From Phycisphaerae bacterium (GTDB taxonomy: Bacteria > Planctomycetota > Phycisphaerae > UBA1845 > Fen-1342), in contig JASFQK010000038.1 of the NCBI GenBank assembly GCA_050115495.1, positions 1 to 64,000 of the forward strand: a DNA stretch of 64,000 nt, in the 5' to 3' direction. Of this stretch, positions 26,140 through 36,162 are shown one piece after another. Both the position numbers and the translations under genes were made by a program. The notes beneath the pieces were generated by a model. It searched no databases, had not been told where the DNA came from, and saw nothing but the letters and a program-made list of their open reading frames with translations. Each line of letters begins with the position of its first letter. Positions within the stretch are counted from its first letter, which is position 1.

Positions 26140-27900
26140 ATGAACACGTTGTTGCGCCGGGGATTGCCGCTCGCGCTGGTCGCGGTGGCAGTGGTGTCGT
26201 GGTCTGCTGCGGCTGTCGCGACGGATCAGGACACGGGCTTCTATTACTCCTACTTCGACGAGCACCTTCCGCTCGGTCTGGATGTGCAACATGTCGCCTT
26301 CCAGACCGCCGACGGTCTCGCCCCCGACTTCGTTGCCGAGCACCTGGCCGCCCTGGGCCTCGACGCGGCCACCCTCGACCTTAACGGCATCGCGGGCTGG
26401 GCGACGGTCGACGCGCCGGCCGCGGCCCGTTCCGTGGATGCGATGGGCGACCTCGTCAACTCGCTGGCCGCCTCGCCCGATGTCGCCTTCGCCTCGCCCG
26501 TCTTCATCGATCAGCGCGGCATGCCACTGCTGATGACGGCGGACCTGCTGATCGGCTTCGAGGACGGCGTTGCTCCCGACGTCGCCGAGACCGTGCTGGC
26601 TCAGGAGGTGGGCGGCACGAGCTGGGAAGCGAACTTCGCCGGTCTGCCCGGCGTGTACCGTGTGCACACCGACCTGGTAAGTGGCTTCGATGTGCTGGCT
26701 CTGGCCAATCGCCTGGCGACGCTGCCCGAAATCCGCTTCGCCGAGTCCGATATGATCGTTCGCGGCACGACGGACTTGATCCCCAACGATCCCCTCTTTT
26801 CCCAGCAGTGGGCCCTGAACCAGGCCAACGACCAGGACATGGACGGCCCCGAGGCGTGGGACATCACAACCGGCGACCCGGCGATCAAGGTGGTCATCCT
26901 CGACCTGGGCATTCAGCAGGACCACCCCGACATCACGCAGGTTCCCGGCCAGGACTTCTACGGCAGCATGCCGGGCGGCGGCCCGGAGACCATCTGCGAC
27001 AACCACGGAACCTGCGTCGCCGGCTGCGTCTCGGCCACGATCAACAACAGCATCGGCGTCACCGGCATCGCCCCGGACTGCAACTCGGTCTCCGCGAAGA
27101 TCGGCGCCTCGCACCCCTTCTACATCTGGTGCTTCAACACCTTCGATTCCCAGCCGAGCATGCTGGCCAACGGCATCGACTACGCCGTTACCATCGGCGC
27201 CCGCGTCACCAACGCCAGCATCGGCTACACGAACTCGTCGTTGGTCACGACTGCCTACGCCGATGCCCGCGCCGCCGGCATCGTGCACTTCGCCGCCTCG
27301 GGCAACGACAGCTCGTCGACGATCTCCTATCCGGCGAACCTGCCCACGGTGAACGCAGTCGGCGCGCTGACCTCGAGCGGCGCGCGGGCCTCCTTCAGCA
27401 ACTACGGCACCGGCCTGACCTTCTCCGCCCCCGGCGAGGACGTCCTGACCACCGACCGTACCGGCAGCGACGGCTACGAGGACGGCGACACCGTCAGCGC
27501 CGGCGGCACCTCCTTCGCCTCGCCCTACGCGGCGGGCATCGCTGCTCTGGTCCTCTCGGCGGACCCGACGCTCACGCCCGACGAGGTCGAGCAGATCATG
27601 AAGGATACCTGCGTCGATCTGGGCACGGCCGGCTACGACACCACGTACGGCTGGGGCTTCCTCAACGCGTACGCCGCGGTCAGCGCCGCGTACCAGCAGC
27701 CGTACCAGGTTGGCGATCTGAACTGCGACGGGGCCATCGATAACTTCGACATCAGCCCCTTCGTCCTGGCCCTGACGGATCCCACCGGCTACGCCGCGGC
27801 GTACCCCGGCTGCGACCGCGATCTGGCCGACGTGAACGGCGACGGCACGGTGGACAACTTCGACATCGGGCCGTTCGTCAACCTGATCCTCGATCCCTAG
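26140..27900 (+). CDS. Secreted subtilisin-like S8 serine peptidase with C-terminal dockerin
   Basis: AGGAGG RBS; catalytic ILDLG, NHGT, GTSFASP; AASGN oxyanion motif; [14 protein letters not shown] / [14 protein letters not shown] dockerin repeats. Confidence 0.92.
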   Translation: MNTLLRRGLPLALVAVAVVSWSAAAVATDQDTGFYYSYFDEHLPLGLDVQHVAFQTADGLAPDFVAEHLAALGLDAATLDLNGIAGWATVDAPAAARSVDAMGDLVNSLAASPDVAFASPVFIDQRGMPLLMTADLLIGFEDGVAPDVAETVLAQEVGGTSWEANFAGLPGVYRVHTDLVSGFDVLALANRLATLPEIRFAESDMIVRGTTDLIPNDPLFSQQWALNQANDQDMDGPEAWDITTGDPAIKVVILDLGIQQDHPDITQVPGQDFYGSMPGGGPETICDNHGTCVAGCVSATINNSIGVTGIAPDCNSVSAKIGASHPFYIWCFNTFDSQPSMLANGIDYAVTIGARVTNASIGYTNSSLVTTAYADARAAGIVHFAASGNDSSSTISYPANLPTVNAVGALTSSGARASFSNYGTGLTFSAPGEDVLTTDRTGSDGYEDGDTVSAGGTSFASPYAAGIAALVLSADPTLTPDEVEQIMKDTCVDLGTAGYDTTYGWGFLNAYAAVSAAYQQPYQVGDLNCDGAIDNFDISPFVLALTDPTGYAAAYPGCDRDLADVNGDGTVDNFDIGPFVNLILDP

Positions 27901-28216
27901 CGCCCCGCGGCTCGGGAGGTTATGACAGTACCCCGGCGGCCGGCCTCGCGCCGGCCGTCGGCATTTGGGGTGTGCCGTTGCCCCATGCCGCACGTCTTCG
28001 CCCGTGATCTTACAGATTCACACAGAATGCCGGGGTGCACGGCGGTTCTGCAGCCCGCGTGCCGCGAGAAATCCTTGTTGTGCCCATTGGCGACAAGTAA
28101 AATGTACTAGGAATGCGCTGGGAGTATGCTGAGGGGCTAGTCGTAGTGCGCCTCCGTTGTTGGTCCCCACGCCCGTCGCGCTGATTCGCTGCACGCCAAG
28201 AGCAAGGAGGAAACAC

Positions 28217-31090
28217 ATGTCGCCCGTCAGTTGTTTTGCCCGGCCGCGGCTCGTCGCCGTCGCCACGCTGATCCTGTTGCTGACCGCGCTGCCGGCCGCG
28301 GCCGAGACGCTGACGGTCAGCGCGGCTGTCTCGGTTGGTGCGCACCGTTTGGTTCCCACCGACCAGGGTGACCGCCTCACGGTCGAGGGCTTCGGCAGTC
28401 TGTTGGTGCCGGGTGCCCCACGGCTGCCCGCCCGCATTTTCCCCATCGCCGTGCCGCCGGGTGCCGAAGTCACCGGCGTGCGCTACGAGACCGGCCAACC
28501 GGTCATTCTGGACGGCACGTATGCGGTCGTCCCGGTGCCGGTGCCCGGCGTGATCGGGCCCGAGGACGAGCAGGTGATCGCCCGCGCGCAGCAGGAGTAC
28601 GATGCCAACTACGCCGCTATCTACGGCAGCGACGACGTCTACCCCGCCGCCCCGGCGACGCTGGTGCGTACCGCCGGCTATCGCAAATACAACCTGGCCG
28701 ATGTGCAGGTCATGCCCTTCGCCTATCGGCCGCAGTCTGGGCAGATCGTCTATTACCCCGACATCACCGTGCACGTGGATTACGTTGTGCCGCCGCAGCC
28801 GCAGCAGGTGCTCGTCGACAATCTGGTTGCGACCGAGGCCGTCGCCCGCGACCTGATCCTCAACTACGAAGAGGCCGCCACCTGGTATCCGTCCGGTCGC
28901 GCCGGGCGCGGGCTGCACGACTACGTCATCATCACGCTGGACAGCTTGGTGGACGCCGTCGCGCCGCTGGCCAACTGGGAGTCTGCCAAGGGCCGCACGG
29001 TAGAGGTGGTCACCACGACGTGGATCGCCAGCAACTACACCGGCTACGATCTGGCGGCGAAGATGCGTGCCTTTCTCCGCGAGAAGTATCCCTCCAGCGA
29101 GTGGGGCATCGAGAACGTGCTGCTCGTTGGTCACTGGGACGATGTGCCCATGCGGCTGACCTGGCAGGACGAGGGTTACGGCCGGCCCGAAACCGACCTG
29201 TACTACGCCGAGCTTTCCATGCCCGACAACATGTCGTGGGACGCCGATGGCGACCATCGCTGGGGCGAGGACAGCGACCCGATCGACTTCTACTCCGAGG
29301 TCAACGTCGGGCGTCTACCGTGGAGCGATCCGGCCATCGTGCAGAGCATGTGCGAGAAGGCCGCCAACTACGAGCAGAACGAAGACCCTGGGTACAAGCA
29401 GAACATCCTGCTGCTGGGTGCCTATTTCTGGTCCGACACGGATAACGCCGTGCTGATGGAGGCCAAGGTCGACCAGCCCTGGATGGACGGGTGGACCATG
29501 ACCCGCATGTACGAGAAGTCCAGCGGCTGGTATTCCGACTACGACTGCGACTACCCGCTTCAGCACAGCAACGTCATGGCCGTCTGGCCGCAGAACAGGT
29601 ACGCGTTCGTGAACTGGGCGGGCCACGGCTCGCCGACGTCGGCTCACGTCTGCGGCCTCGGCAGCGAGGCGTTCATCGAGGCCGCCGACGCCGACGACCT
29701 CAACCTCGACTATCCCTCCATCATCTTCGCCGACGCGTGCAGCAACGCCGACACCGACCACGAGAACATCGCTCAGGTCATGATGCGCTACGCCGCCGTC
29801 GGTTTCCTCGGCTCCAACAAGGTGGCCTACGGCATGCACGATTGGGCCGGCCCGGAGGACGGCTCCAGCCAGTCGCTCGACTACTACTTCACCACCTACA
29901 TCACCTCGGGCGAGTGCACCCAGGGCGCTGCCCACCAACAGGCGCTGCGTAATCTGTACACCATGAACGGCTGGTACTACCCGCGGCTCGAGACCTTCGA
30001 GTGGGGCGCGCTGTTCGGCAACCCCAACCTCTCCATCGTCGCCAGCGCCCGCCTGCTCCTCCGCTTCCCGCTCGGCCGCCCGCAGTATCTCCCCGTGGCC
30101 CAGCCGACCACGCTGACCGTCGAGATCCTCGCGGGGCTCGAAAACTATGTGCCCGGCACGGCCACCCTGCACTACCGCTATGACGGTGGCGAGTTCCTCA
30201 CGGCGCCGCTCGAACCCGTCGGCGGTGACCTCTACGAAGCCACGCTGCTGCCCCCGAGCTGTGATGCCACGCCCGAGTATTACGTCACGGCCGAGGGCGA
30301 TGGCGGCACGCTCGTCCAGGCGCCGAGTGGCGCGCCCGATGCCGTCTACGTGGCGGGCGTCGGCACCTTTGTCGCCCACGCGGCCAGCTACCTCGACGCC
30401 GATCCCGGCTGGCCTCATGACGGCCAGTGGGCCTTCGGCCAGCCCACCGGTGCCGGCGGCGTCTCGCACGGCTATCCCGACCCGACCGCCGGTGCCACGG
30501 GGGACTTCGTCTACGGCGTGAATCTCACGGGCGACTACGGCGTCACCCCCGGCGGGCCCTACTGGCTTACCTGGGGCCCCATCGACCTCAGCGGCGTCAG
30601 CGACGCCCGCCTCACCTTCCAGCGCTGGCTCAACTCGGACTACCAGCCTTACGTGCAGGCCTCGGTCGAGATCTCGTTCGACGGCAGCACGTGGGCGGAG
30701 CTCTGGGCCAACGGCAACCACGAGATCACCGCCGAAGCCTGGGAGCTCATGCAGTACGACATCGCCGATATCGCCGACGGCCAGCCGCTCGTTTACTTCC
30801 GCTGGGGCTACAAGATCGGCGCCGCCGCCTGGGCGTATTCCGGCTGGAACCTCGACGATATCGAGGTCTGGGGCCTGACGTGCAGCATGGCCTACGCCCC
30901 CGGCGATCTGAACTGCGACTTCACGGTCGACAACTTCGACATCGGCGCGTTCGTGTTGGCCGTCACGAACCCGGATGCTTACGCCGCCGCGTTCCCCGAC
31001 TGCAACCGCATGTTGGCGGACATCAACGGCGACGGCGCGGTGAACAACTTTGACATCGGCCCGTTCACCGATCTGCTGACGGGCGAATAG
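28217..31090 (+). CDS. Secreted gingipain-like C25 cysteine peptidase with propeptide, beta-sandwich domain and C-terminal dockerin
   Basis: AAGGAGG RBS; PGAPRLP propeptide; YVIIT, VLLVG, TDLYY, VGRLP, GHG, DAC motifs; GDLNCD/ADINGDG dockerin. Confidence 0.9.
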   Translation: MSPVSCFARPRLVAVATLILLLTALPAAAETLTVSAAVSVGAHRLVPTDQGDRLTVEGFGSLLVPGAPRLPARIFPIAVPPGAEVTGVRYETGQPVILDGTYAVVPVPVPGVIGPEDEQVIARAQQEYDANYAAIYGSDDVYPAAPATLVRTAGYRKYNLADVQVMPFAYRPQSGQIVYYPDITVHVDYVVPPQPQQVLVDNLVATEAVARDLILNYEEAATWYPSGRAGRGLHDYVIITLDSLVDAVAPLANWESAKGRTVEVVTTTWIASNYTGYDLAAKMRAFLREKYPSSEWGIENVLLVGHWDDVPMRLTWQDEGYGRPETDLYYAELSMPDNMSWDADGDHRWGEDSDPIDFYSEVNVGRLPWSDPAIVQSMCEKAANYEQNEDPGYKQNILLLGAYFWSDTDNAVLMEAKVDQPWMDGWTMTRMYEKSSGWYSDYDCDYPLQHSNVMAVWPQNRYAFVNWAGHGSPTSAHVCGLGSEAFIEAADADDLNLDYPSIIFADACSNADTDHENIAQVMMRYAAVGFLGSNKVAYGMHDWAGPEDGSSQSLDYYFTTYITSGECTQGAAHQQALRNLYTMNGWYYPRLETFEWGALFGNPNLSIVASARLLLRFPLGRPQYLPVAQPTTLTVEILAGLENYVPGTATLHYRYDGGEFLTAPLEPVGGDLYEATLLPPSCDATPEYYVTAEGDGGTLVQAPSGAPDAVYVAGVGTFVAHAASYLDADPGWPHDGQWAFGQPTGAGGVSHGYPDPTAGATGDFVYGVNLTGDYGVTPGGPYWLTWGPIDLSGVSDARLTFQRWLNSDYQPYVQASVEISFDGSTWAELWANGNHEITAEAWELMQYDIADIADGQPLVYFRWGYKIGAAAWAYSGWNLDDIEVWGLTCSMAYAPGDLNCDFTVDNFDIGAFVLAVTNPDAYAAAFPDCNRMLADINGDGAVNNFDIGPFTDLLTGE

Positions 31091-31185
31091 CCCCCGCTGT
31101 AGCGACCGACCTCCGCGTCGGCCGTCGAACGCCGGACGCCGACCGCACTGGTAACCTCCCCACCAGTGCGGTCGCGCGTCGCCGG

Positions 31186-32877
31186 TCACCAATCCACTTC
31201 GTACACGGCCATTGTCGGGCCGCCGTCTGGGTCGACTGTGACCAGCGACGGTGCCACCGGGGCGGCCTGGTCCGGACGCAGCACGAGGGCTATGCGATCA
31301 ACCCGTCCGTTCTCGCGCAGGGCTTGCAGCTCTTCGATAGCCTGCTCGTCGTAGATGAAGTGGATCTTGCCGTATCGGCGGTATTGGTCCCACTCGCCGC
31401 TGCGGTCTACGTCGCAGTCGCCGCTCAGCCACCAGGCGGGTGGGTACTGCAGCCCGAAGAGCGTGACGATGTAGGGTACGGCCATGCCATCGGTCGTCAC
31501 GTAGACGGCGTCATATTCCGCCAGTCGCGGTCGCAGGTACGCACACGCCTCCAGCAGATCGACGTAGAAGACGTGGTACACGTCCGGCTGGCGGGGGTAG
31601 GCATAGTAGTAGGCGTAGCAGAATCGCGCACTGCCCGCCAGGATGAGCGTGGCGGCCGCAACGGCCGCCACGCGGCGCATCGCCGGCCGCCAGCGTCGGG
31701 CGACGTCGATCAGGGCTGCGCCGCCGACGGCCATCAGCAGGATCAGTCCGCACAATCCCGGGGCGCTGCGCAGGGCGTGCATGCTCTCCGCCTGGGCGAG
31801 GCAATCGCCGACGGGGTACAGGATCACCCAGGCAAGCAGCACGCGCGCCGCCGGCGAACGCCACAGCCGCCGGATGATCACGACGAGCCCCGCGATCAGC
31901 AGCGGCAGCGCGTACCAGTGCAGAACGCCGACGCCGGGCACGGAGTTGACGATCTGGTGATCGCCCCGCAGGAAAAGGAAATCCGGTCCGAAATGGCCGA
32001 GATAACGAGAGGCGACTTCATGGGCGACCTCGCCGGCGGTCGCGCCCGGTTGCCACAGCACGACGTTCGTCCCGCGCCGCAGCATTTCGTCCGGGTGCGC
32101 GATGTGTTGCCACACTAGCGGCCCGGCGGTCAGTGCCACACCGAGCACGAATGTGCCGACCGCGGCCCGCCCCCGCGTTCGCAGCAGCTCCCACCAGCCC
32201 CTCCAGCCGACGATCACGATCGCAATGAGCAGTAGCGGCAGAACGAGCCGCAGGGCGAAGTACCCGTAGCACGCCGCTCCCGTCACCAAGCCGGCGACGA
32301 GCGCTCGTCCGACCCGCGCTCGACCCCCGTCCTGTCCGAGCGGCAGACCCGCCCACACCATCGCCGCCAGCGCCACCGTCAGCAGCAGCGGCGTCAGGCT
32401 CGCCCCATAGCACAGCCGCGACAGTTGCACGTGCCACGGGTTCAGCGCCAGCAGCACCGCCGCCGCGGCGCCGACGGTCCGGCCGAACAGCCGGCTGGCG
32501 AGGCAGTACAGCAGGGCGATCGTCGCCACACCGCCCAGGGCGATCGGCAGACGTGTGGTCCAGACGTTCATGCCGCCGACGGCCTGGAACGCCAGCACGG
32601 CGTAGATCTGCGGCGTCACCCGGTTCTCGCCGAGCGCCCGCATGCAGAAGATGGGCCACGCTGCGCCCGCCTGGTCCCGCCCCGTCTTCAGCAGGCACTG
32701 TGCATTCCACGCGTTGGCGGCTTCGTCCTGGTTGAGCCCGCCCGCCGGCTGGTCGAGCAGGCCAACGCGCAGCACAGCCCCGACGATGAGGGCGATCACG
32801 AGCCAGTCTCGCGCCCGCCAGCCGGTGCGGCTGGTCGCGTCGTTCTGCGTGGCGTCTGTCGCCGGCTGCTGCGTCAT
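31186..32877 (-). CDS. ArnT/PMT-like (GT-C fold) membrane glycosyltransferase
   Basis: N-terminal TM then QDEA motif; RLP.AL.G; LLALNPWH.QLSR; multi-pass membrane. Confidence 0.85.
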   Translation of the reverse strand: MTQQPATDATQNDATSRTGWRARDWLVIALIVGAVLRVGLLDQPAGGLNQDEAANAWNAQCLLKTGRDQAGAAWPIFCMRALGENRVTPQIYAVLAFQAVGGMNVWTTRLPIALGGVATIALLYCLASRLFGRTVGAAAAVLLALNPWHVQLSRLCYGASLTPLLLTVALAAMVWAGLPLGQDGGRARVGRALVAGLVTGAACYGYFALRLVLPLLLIAIVIVGWRGWWELLRTRGRAAVGTFVLGVALTAGPLVWQHIAHPDEMLRRGTNVVLWQPGATAGEVAHEVASRYLGHFGPDFLFLRGDHQIVNSVPGVGVLHWYALPLLIAGLVVIIRRLWRSPAARVLLAWVILYPVGDCLAQAESMHALRSAPGLCGLILLMAVGGAALIDVARRWRPAMRRVAAVAAATLILAGSARFCYAYYYAYPRQPDVYHVFYVDLLEACAYLRPRLAEYDAVYVTTDGMAVPYIVTLFGLQYPPAWWLSGDCDVDRSGEWDQYRRYGKIHFIYDEQAIEELQALRENGRVDRIALVLRPDQAAPVAPSLVTVDPDGGPTMAVYEVDW

Positions 32878-32981
32878 GGGCTCATGCTAGCTCGGATCCC
32901 GCCGGCGGCCCAGCGGCTCGTGGCGGAGCCGCTTGTCTGCCGCCACCAGCGGGCTACGATGCATGCTCAGGAGCGACGCTG

Positions 32982-34202
32982 TTGACTGAGCCCATGTCCA
33001 CCATGTCCGCCGCCGGCGCCGAGGCATCGGTCGCCCCGCTGGCTTGCTCGGCGGTGCTGACGCACCACTGGCTGGTACGCTACCGCGGTGGGGAGAAGGT
33101 GCTGGCGGCTCTGAGCGAACTGCTGCCGGATGCGCCGGTCTACACGCTGGTGCACGACGCCGCCGGCCTCGGTCGACCCGATGCCGACGCGACCCCGTCA
33201 CCGCCTCGCTGGCTTACTGACTCGACGCGGGTGCGGACCTCGTGGCTCCAGCACCTGCCCGGTGCCCGGCGTCACTACCCCAAGCTGTTGCCGTTGATGC
33301 CGCTGGCCGCCCGCAGCGTCCGGCTGCCGGCGGCGGACCTCGTCGTCTGTTCCGATGCGGCCATCGCCAAGGCGATGACGCCGAACCCGCGCAGCCGCGT
33401 CGTCTGCTACTGCCATTCGCCGATGCGCTACGTCTGGGAGCCGCAGATCGCTCGCGAGTATCGCCAGACGCTGCCGCCGCCGCTGCGACCGCTGTGGGGG
33501 CCGCTGGCCGCGTACCTCCGACGGGCGGATCGGCGGGCGGCGGCGCACGTGCACACGTTCGTGGCCAACTCGCAGCACGTGGCGGAGCGCATTCGGCGAC
33601 ATTACGCGCGCGACGCCGCTATCGTCCACCCGCCGATCGATCTGCCCGTCGCCCCGGGTCCCGCCCGGCGCGAGCCGTTCTACCTGTGCGTGGGGCACCA
33701 CGTGGCGTACAAGCGGCTGGATCTGGCGGTCGCCGCCTGCCGGCAGCTCGGCCGCCGACTCGTCGTCATCGGCGAGGGGCCGGACGTCGAGCGTTTGCGG
33801 CCGACCGCCGGCGGCGACGTCACGTTTCTGGGCTGGCAACCCGACGCGGTCATGTACGACCACTACCGCCGGGCGCGGGCATTGCTGTTCCCGGGTGAGG
33901 AAGACTTCGGCATCGTCCCGGTTGAGGCGATGGCCCACGGCTGCCCGGTCATCTCCTATGCTCGTGGCGGTGCGACGGAAACCGTCACCGACGGCCGCAC
34001 CGGCGTCTTCTTCGCCGAGCAGTCACCGGCGGCCCTCGCCGACGCCATCCGCCGACTGGAGACGCTGACATTCGACCCCGCGGCGCTGCACGCCGACATG
34101 CAGCGCTTCAGCCGCCGGCGGTTCCTGGAGCAGATGCGCGCCGTGCTGGCCGACGCTCTGGCCGCCCCCGGTTGTTGTGATGCGACCCCAGGCGGGCAGT
34201 AG
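32982..34202 (+). CDS. GT4 family glycosyltransferase
   Basis: HHWLVRYRGGEKVL; YCHSPMRY; EDFGIVPVEAMAHG (EX7E). Confidence 0.9.
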   Translation: MTEPMSTMSAAGAEASVAPLACSAVLTHHWLVRYRGGEKVLAALSELLPDAPVYTLVHDAAGLGRPDADATPSPPRWLTDSTRVRTSWLQHLPGARRHYPKLLPLMPLAARSVRLPAADLVVCSDAAIAKAMTPNPRSRVVCYCHSPMRYVWEPQIAREYRQTLPPPLRPLWGPLAAYLRRADRRAAAHVHTFVANSQHVAERIRRHYARDAAIVHPPIDLPVAPGPARREPFYLCVGHHVAYKRLDLAVAACRQLGRRLVVIGEGPDVERLRPTAGGDVTFLGWQPDAVMYDHYRRARALLFPGEEDFGIVPVEAMAHGCPVISYARGGATETVTDGRTGVFFAEQSPAALADAIRRLETLTFDPAALHADMQRFSRRRFLEQMRAVLADALAAPGCCDATPGGQ

Positions 34203-34207
34203 CCGGG

Positions 34208-34543
34208 TCAACGCGCCCGCCACAGCTTCCACCAGGCGATCAGCAGGATCAGTCCGTTGAGACCGAACATACCGGCCATGAGCTTGCTGTCGTCGTACAG
34301 AGCTGCGAACGAGTCGCCGACGAGCCTGTCCACCACCTTGTACCAGTTGTCCACGTACTCCGGCCCCCACGTTTCGGCGAGGCGGTCGTGGTCGATCACG
34401 CCGTTCTTCTCGAGTTCGCAGTAGGTGCTGACGGTGGCCGTGTGTGTGATACCGATCACGAGCGAGGATGCCAACGGGACCAACACCGCCAGTGCGAGAT
34501 TGGCCAGTCCCAACCATAGCAATAGCCGACGGACCCACCGCAT
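34208..34543 (-). CDS. Small 2-TM hypothetical protein
   Basis: GAGGA RBS; two hydrophobic segments flanking a soluble loop. Confidence 0.6.
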   Translation of the reverse strand: MRWVRRLLLWLGLANLALAVLVPLASSLVIGITHTATVSTYCELEKNGVIDHDRLAETWGPEYVDNWYKVVDRLVGDSFAALYDDSKLMAGMFGLNGLILLIAWWKLWRAR

Positions 34544-34656
34544 AGCCATTCCTCGGACCAGACGCCTCGGCCGCCCTGGGCAGACGGGCACGGCACGTCA
34601 CCATGGTAGTGGGCTGCGCTCGCCATCGCCACGGAGCCGCGAGCGCGACCCTGGCG

Positions 34657-34744
34657 CGTCGAAAAAGGGGACAGGCACCTCGGATGATACTGCGTCCGGG
34701 GTTCTCCGGGCTCCTCGGCTCGGAGCCAGTCCCCTTTTTCGACG
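34657..34744. repeat. REP/MITE-like element with a perfect 16-bp terminal inverted repeat
   Basis: CGTCGAAAAAGGGGAC ... GTCCCCTTTTTCGACG. Confidence 0.75.
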
Positions 34745-34749
34745 GATGG

Positions 34750-35781
34750 TCAGAACATCGCCACCTCGGTCGAGCCGAGGAGGAACTGGATCAACCGGCC
34801 CATGCCCAGGCCGAAGCCGCTGCGCTGCACGCCGCGATGCTTGGGATGCTTCTCGACGTTGAACAGCTCCAGGTACGGGACGAACGGCTGCCAGGCCGCC
34901 TCCTCGACCGCCGGTGCCACCTCGCCGCCACTGACCTGGTCGGCGCGGATCTGGGCCATCTGCCGGAACATGCGGCTCTCGCGCAGCTTTGTCTTCAGCG
35001 TGGCGTAGTCCTCCTCGCGCCGCGATGCGCCGAACGTCTCGCCCGCCCAGGGCAGCAGGAAGTCGACGCAATCCACGGTGCAGCGCCGCTCGTTGTACTC
35101 GTCGACGGACATGCCCGCCGCCAGCGGGCCGCGCGCGCTGCGGTACATGTTGAAGAACTTGATCGACTCCGGGTAATGCGTGACCTGCACCGGTCCCTCG
35201 AAGATCAGGCAGACCATCTCCTCGATCGTCGAGGTGAAGTCGTCGCCCCAGTTGATGCTCACGCCGCCGTCGTTCAGCCGCTTGAGAATCTCCGTGTACG
35301 AGATGATCGGCGCCGGCCGCTTCAGGAAGCCGCGCAGCCGCTCCTGGTGCTCGGCGGGCACGATCGGGCAGCCGAGGGCCGTCTCCATGGCGATGTTCAG
35401 CAGTTCCTGCTGGAAGGTCATCAGCTTGGGCAGGTCCATGTCGCGGGCCTCGAATTCGAGCAGGGCGAACTCGGCGAGGTGCCGTCCGTCGCCGGCCCGC
35501 GGCTCGTTGCGGTAGCTGCGGCCGAGCGTCCAGACGGCGGGCAGGTCGAGCTCCAGGACCTCCGCCTCCATGAGGAGCTGGTCGGTCTGGCTCAGAAAGG
35601 AGAGCTCGCGCGTGTTCCGGAGAATGAAGGCCGTGGGCACGTTCTCGCAGGCCCCGGTGCCGCCGGTGATTTTCGGGTAGTACGACTCGACCGCCCGGGC
35701 GTCGACCATCCGCCGCCGGATTGCGTTGACGACCGCCGCCTTGAGCTGAACCAGTTCCTTCTGCCAATCGCTACGGGTCAT
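34750..35781 (-). CDS. Class IIb aminoacyl-tRNA synthetase-like catalytic core (AsnRS/AspRS-related) lacking the anticodon-binding domain
   Basis: AGGAG RBS; motif 2 SYRNE...RHLAEF; YPESIKFFNM; GETFGASRRE; motif 3 SGFGLGMGRL; no N-terminal OB-fold (343 aa). Confidence 0.85.
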   Translation of the reverse strand: MTRSDWQKELVQLKAAVVNAIRRRMVDARAVESYYPKITGGTGACENVPTAFILRNTRELSFLSQTDQLLMEAEVLELDLPAVWTLGRSYRNEPRAGDGRHLAEFALLEFEARDMDLPKLMTFQQELLNIAMETALGCPIVPAEHQERLRGFLKRPAPIISYTEILKRLNDGGVSINWGDDFTSTIEEMVCLIFEGPVQVTHYPESIKFFNMYRSARGPLAAGMSVDEYNERRCTVDCVDFLLPWAGETFGASRREEDYATLKTKLRESRMFRQMAQIRADQVSGGEVAPAVEEAAWQPFVPYLELFNVEKHPKHRGVQRSGFGLGMGRLIQFLLGSTEVAMF

Positions 35782-35817
35782 GAGAGGTGCTCCTTCCTTC
35801 GCTGAAACGAGCCGCGC

Positions 35818-35846
35818 AAAAAAAAGGCCCCGCACCACGCGGGGCC
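35818..35846 (-). terminator. Intrinsic terminator 2 in the leader of the AsnRS-like gene
   Basis: Minus strand GGCCCCGC-GTGGT-GCGGGGCC followed by T8. Confidence 0.8.
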
Positions 35847-35919
35847 GCACGTCAAACACATTCGCCGCCGGGGTCGCCGGCGGGTCGCTACCCAGCCTCC
35901 ACCACCGCCCGGGCAGCGC

Positions 35920-35948
35920 AAAAAAAATGCCCCGCACGTGGCGGGGCA
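35920..35948 (-). terminator. Intrinsic terminator 1 in the leader of the AsnRS-like gene
   Basis: Minus strand TGCCCCGC-CACGT-GCGGGGCA followed by T8. Confidence 0.8.
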
Positions 35949-36068
35949 CTGGAACGCAAAACGCGAGGTTTCGCGCCACCTCCGGAAAACACGCTTCCTC
36001 CATATCCACGCGGCTGGAGAGAAACGCTCGGTCAGCGGCATCGGCACCTCGTTTGATTCTGGCGGGGG

Positions 36069-36096
36069 AGTATACCGTTCGACGCCAACAGGGCAA
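36069..36096 (-). promoter_or_regulatory. Candidate sigma70 promoter for the AsnRS-like gene leader
   Basis: Minus strand TTGCCC-16bp-TATACT. Confidence 0.5.
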
Positions 36097-36162
36097 GCCG
36101 TCGCGCCGGCTTTTTCCGCCAGCGGCTCGACCGCGTTACTATGGCGGCCTCAGGAGGACCGC

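Noticed and set aside
14780..31192. Long antisense ORFs (14780-16714, 22048-23787, 26101-27993, 29315-31192, and similar elsewhere)
   Set aside because: They are shadows of real genes caused by strong GC3 bias; no motifs or RBS
35850..36000. T-box riboswitch or Asn-codon leader peptide before the AsnRS-like gene
   Set aside because: No UGGNACC antiterminator bulge or stem I motifs; no Asn/Asp codon run in any leader frame
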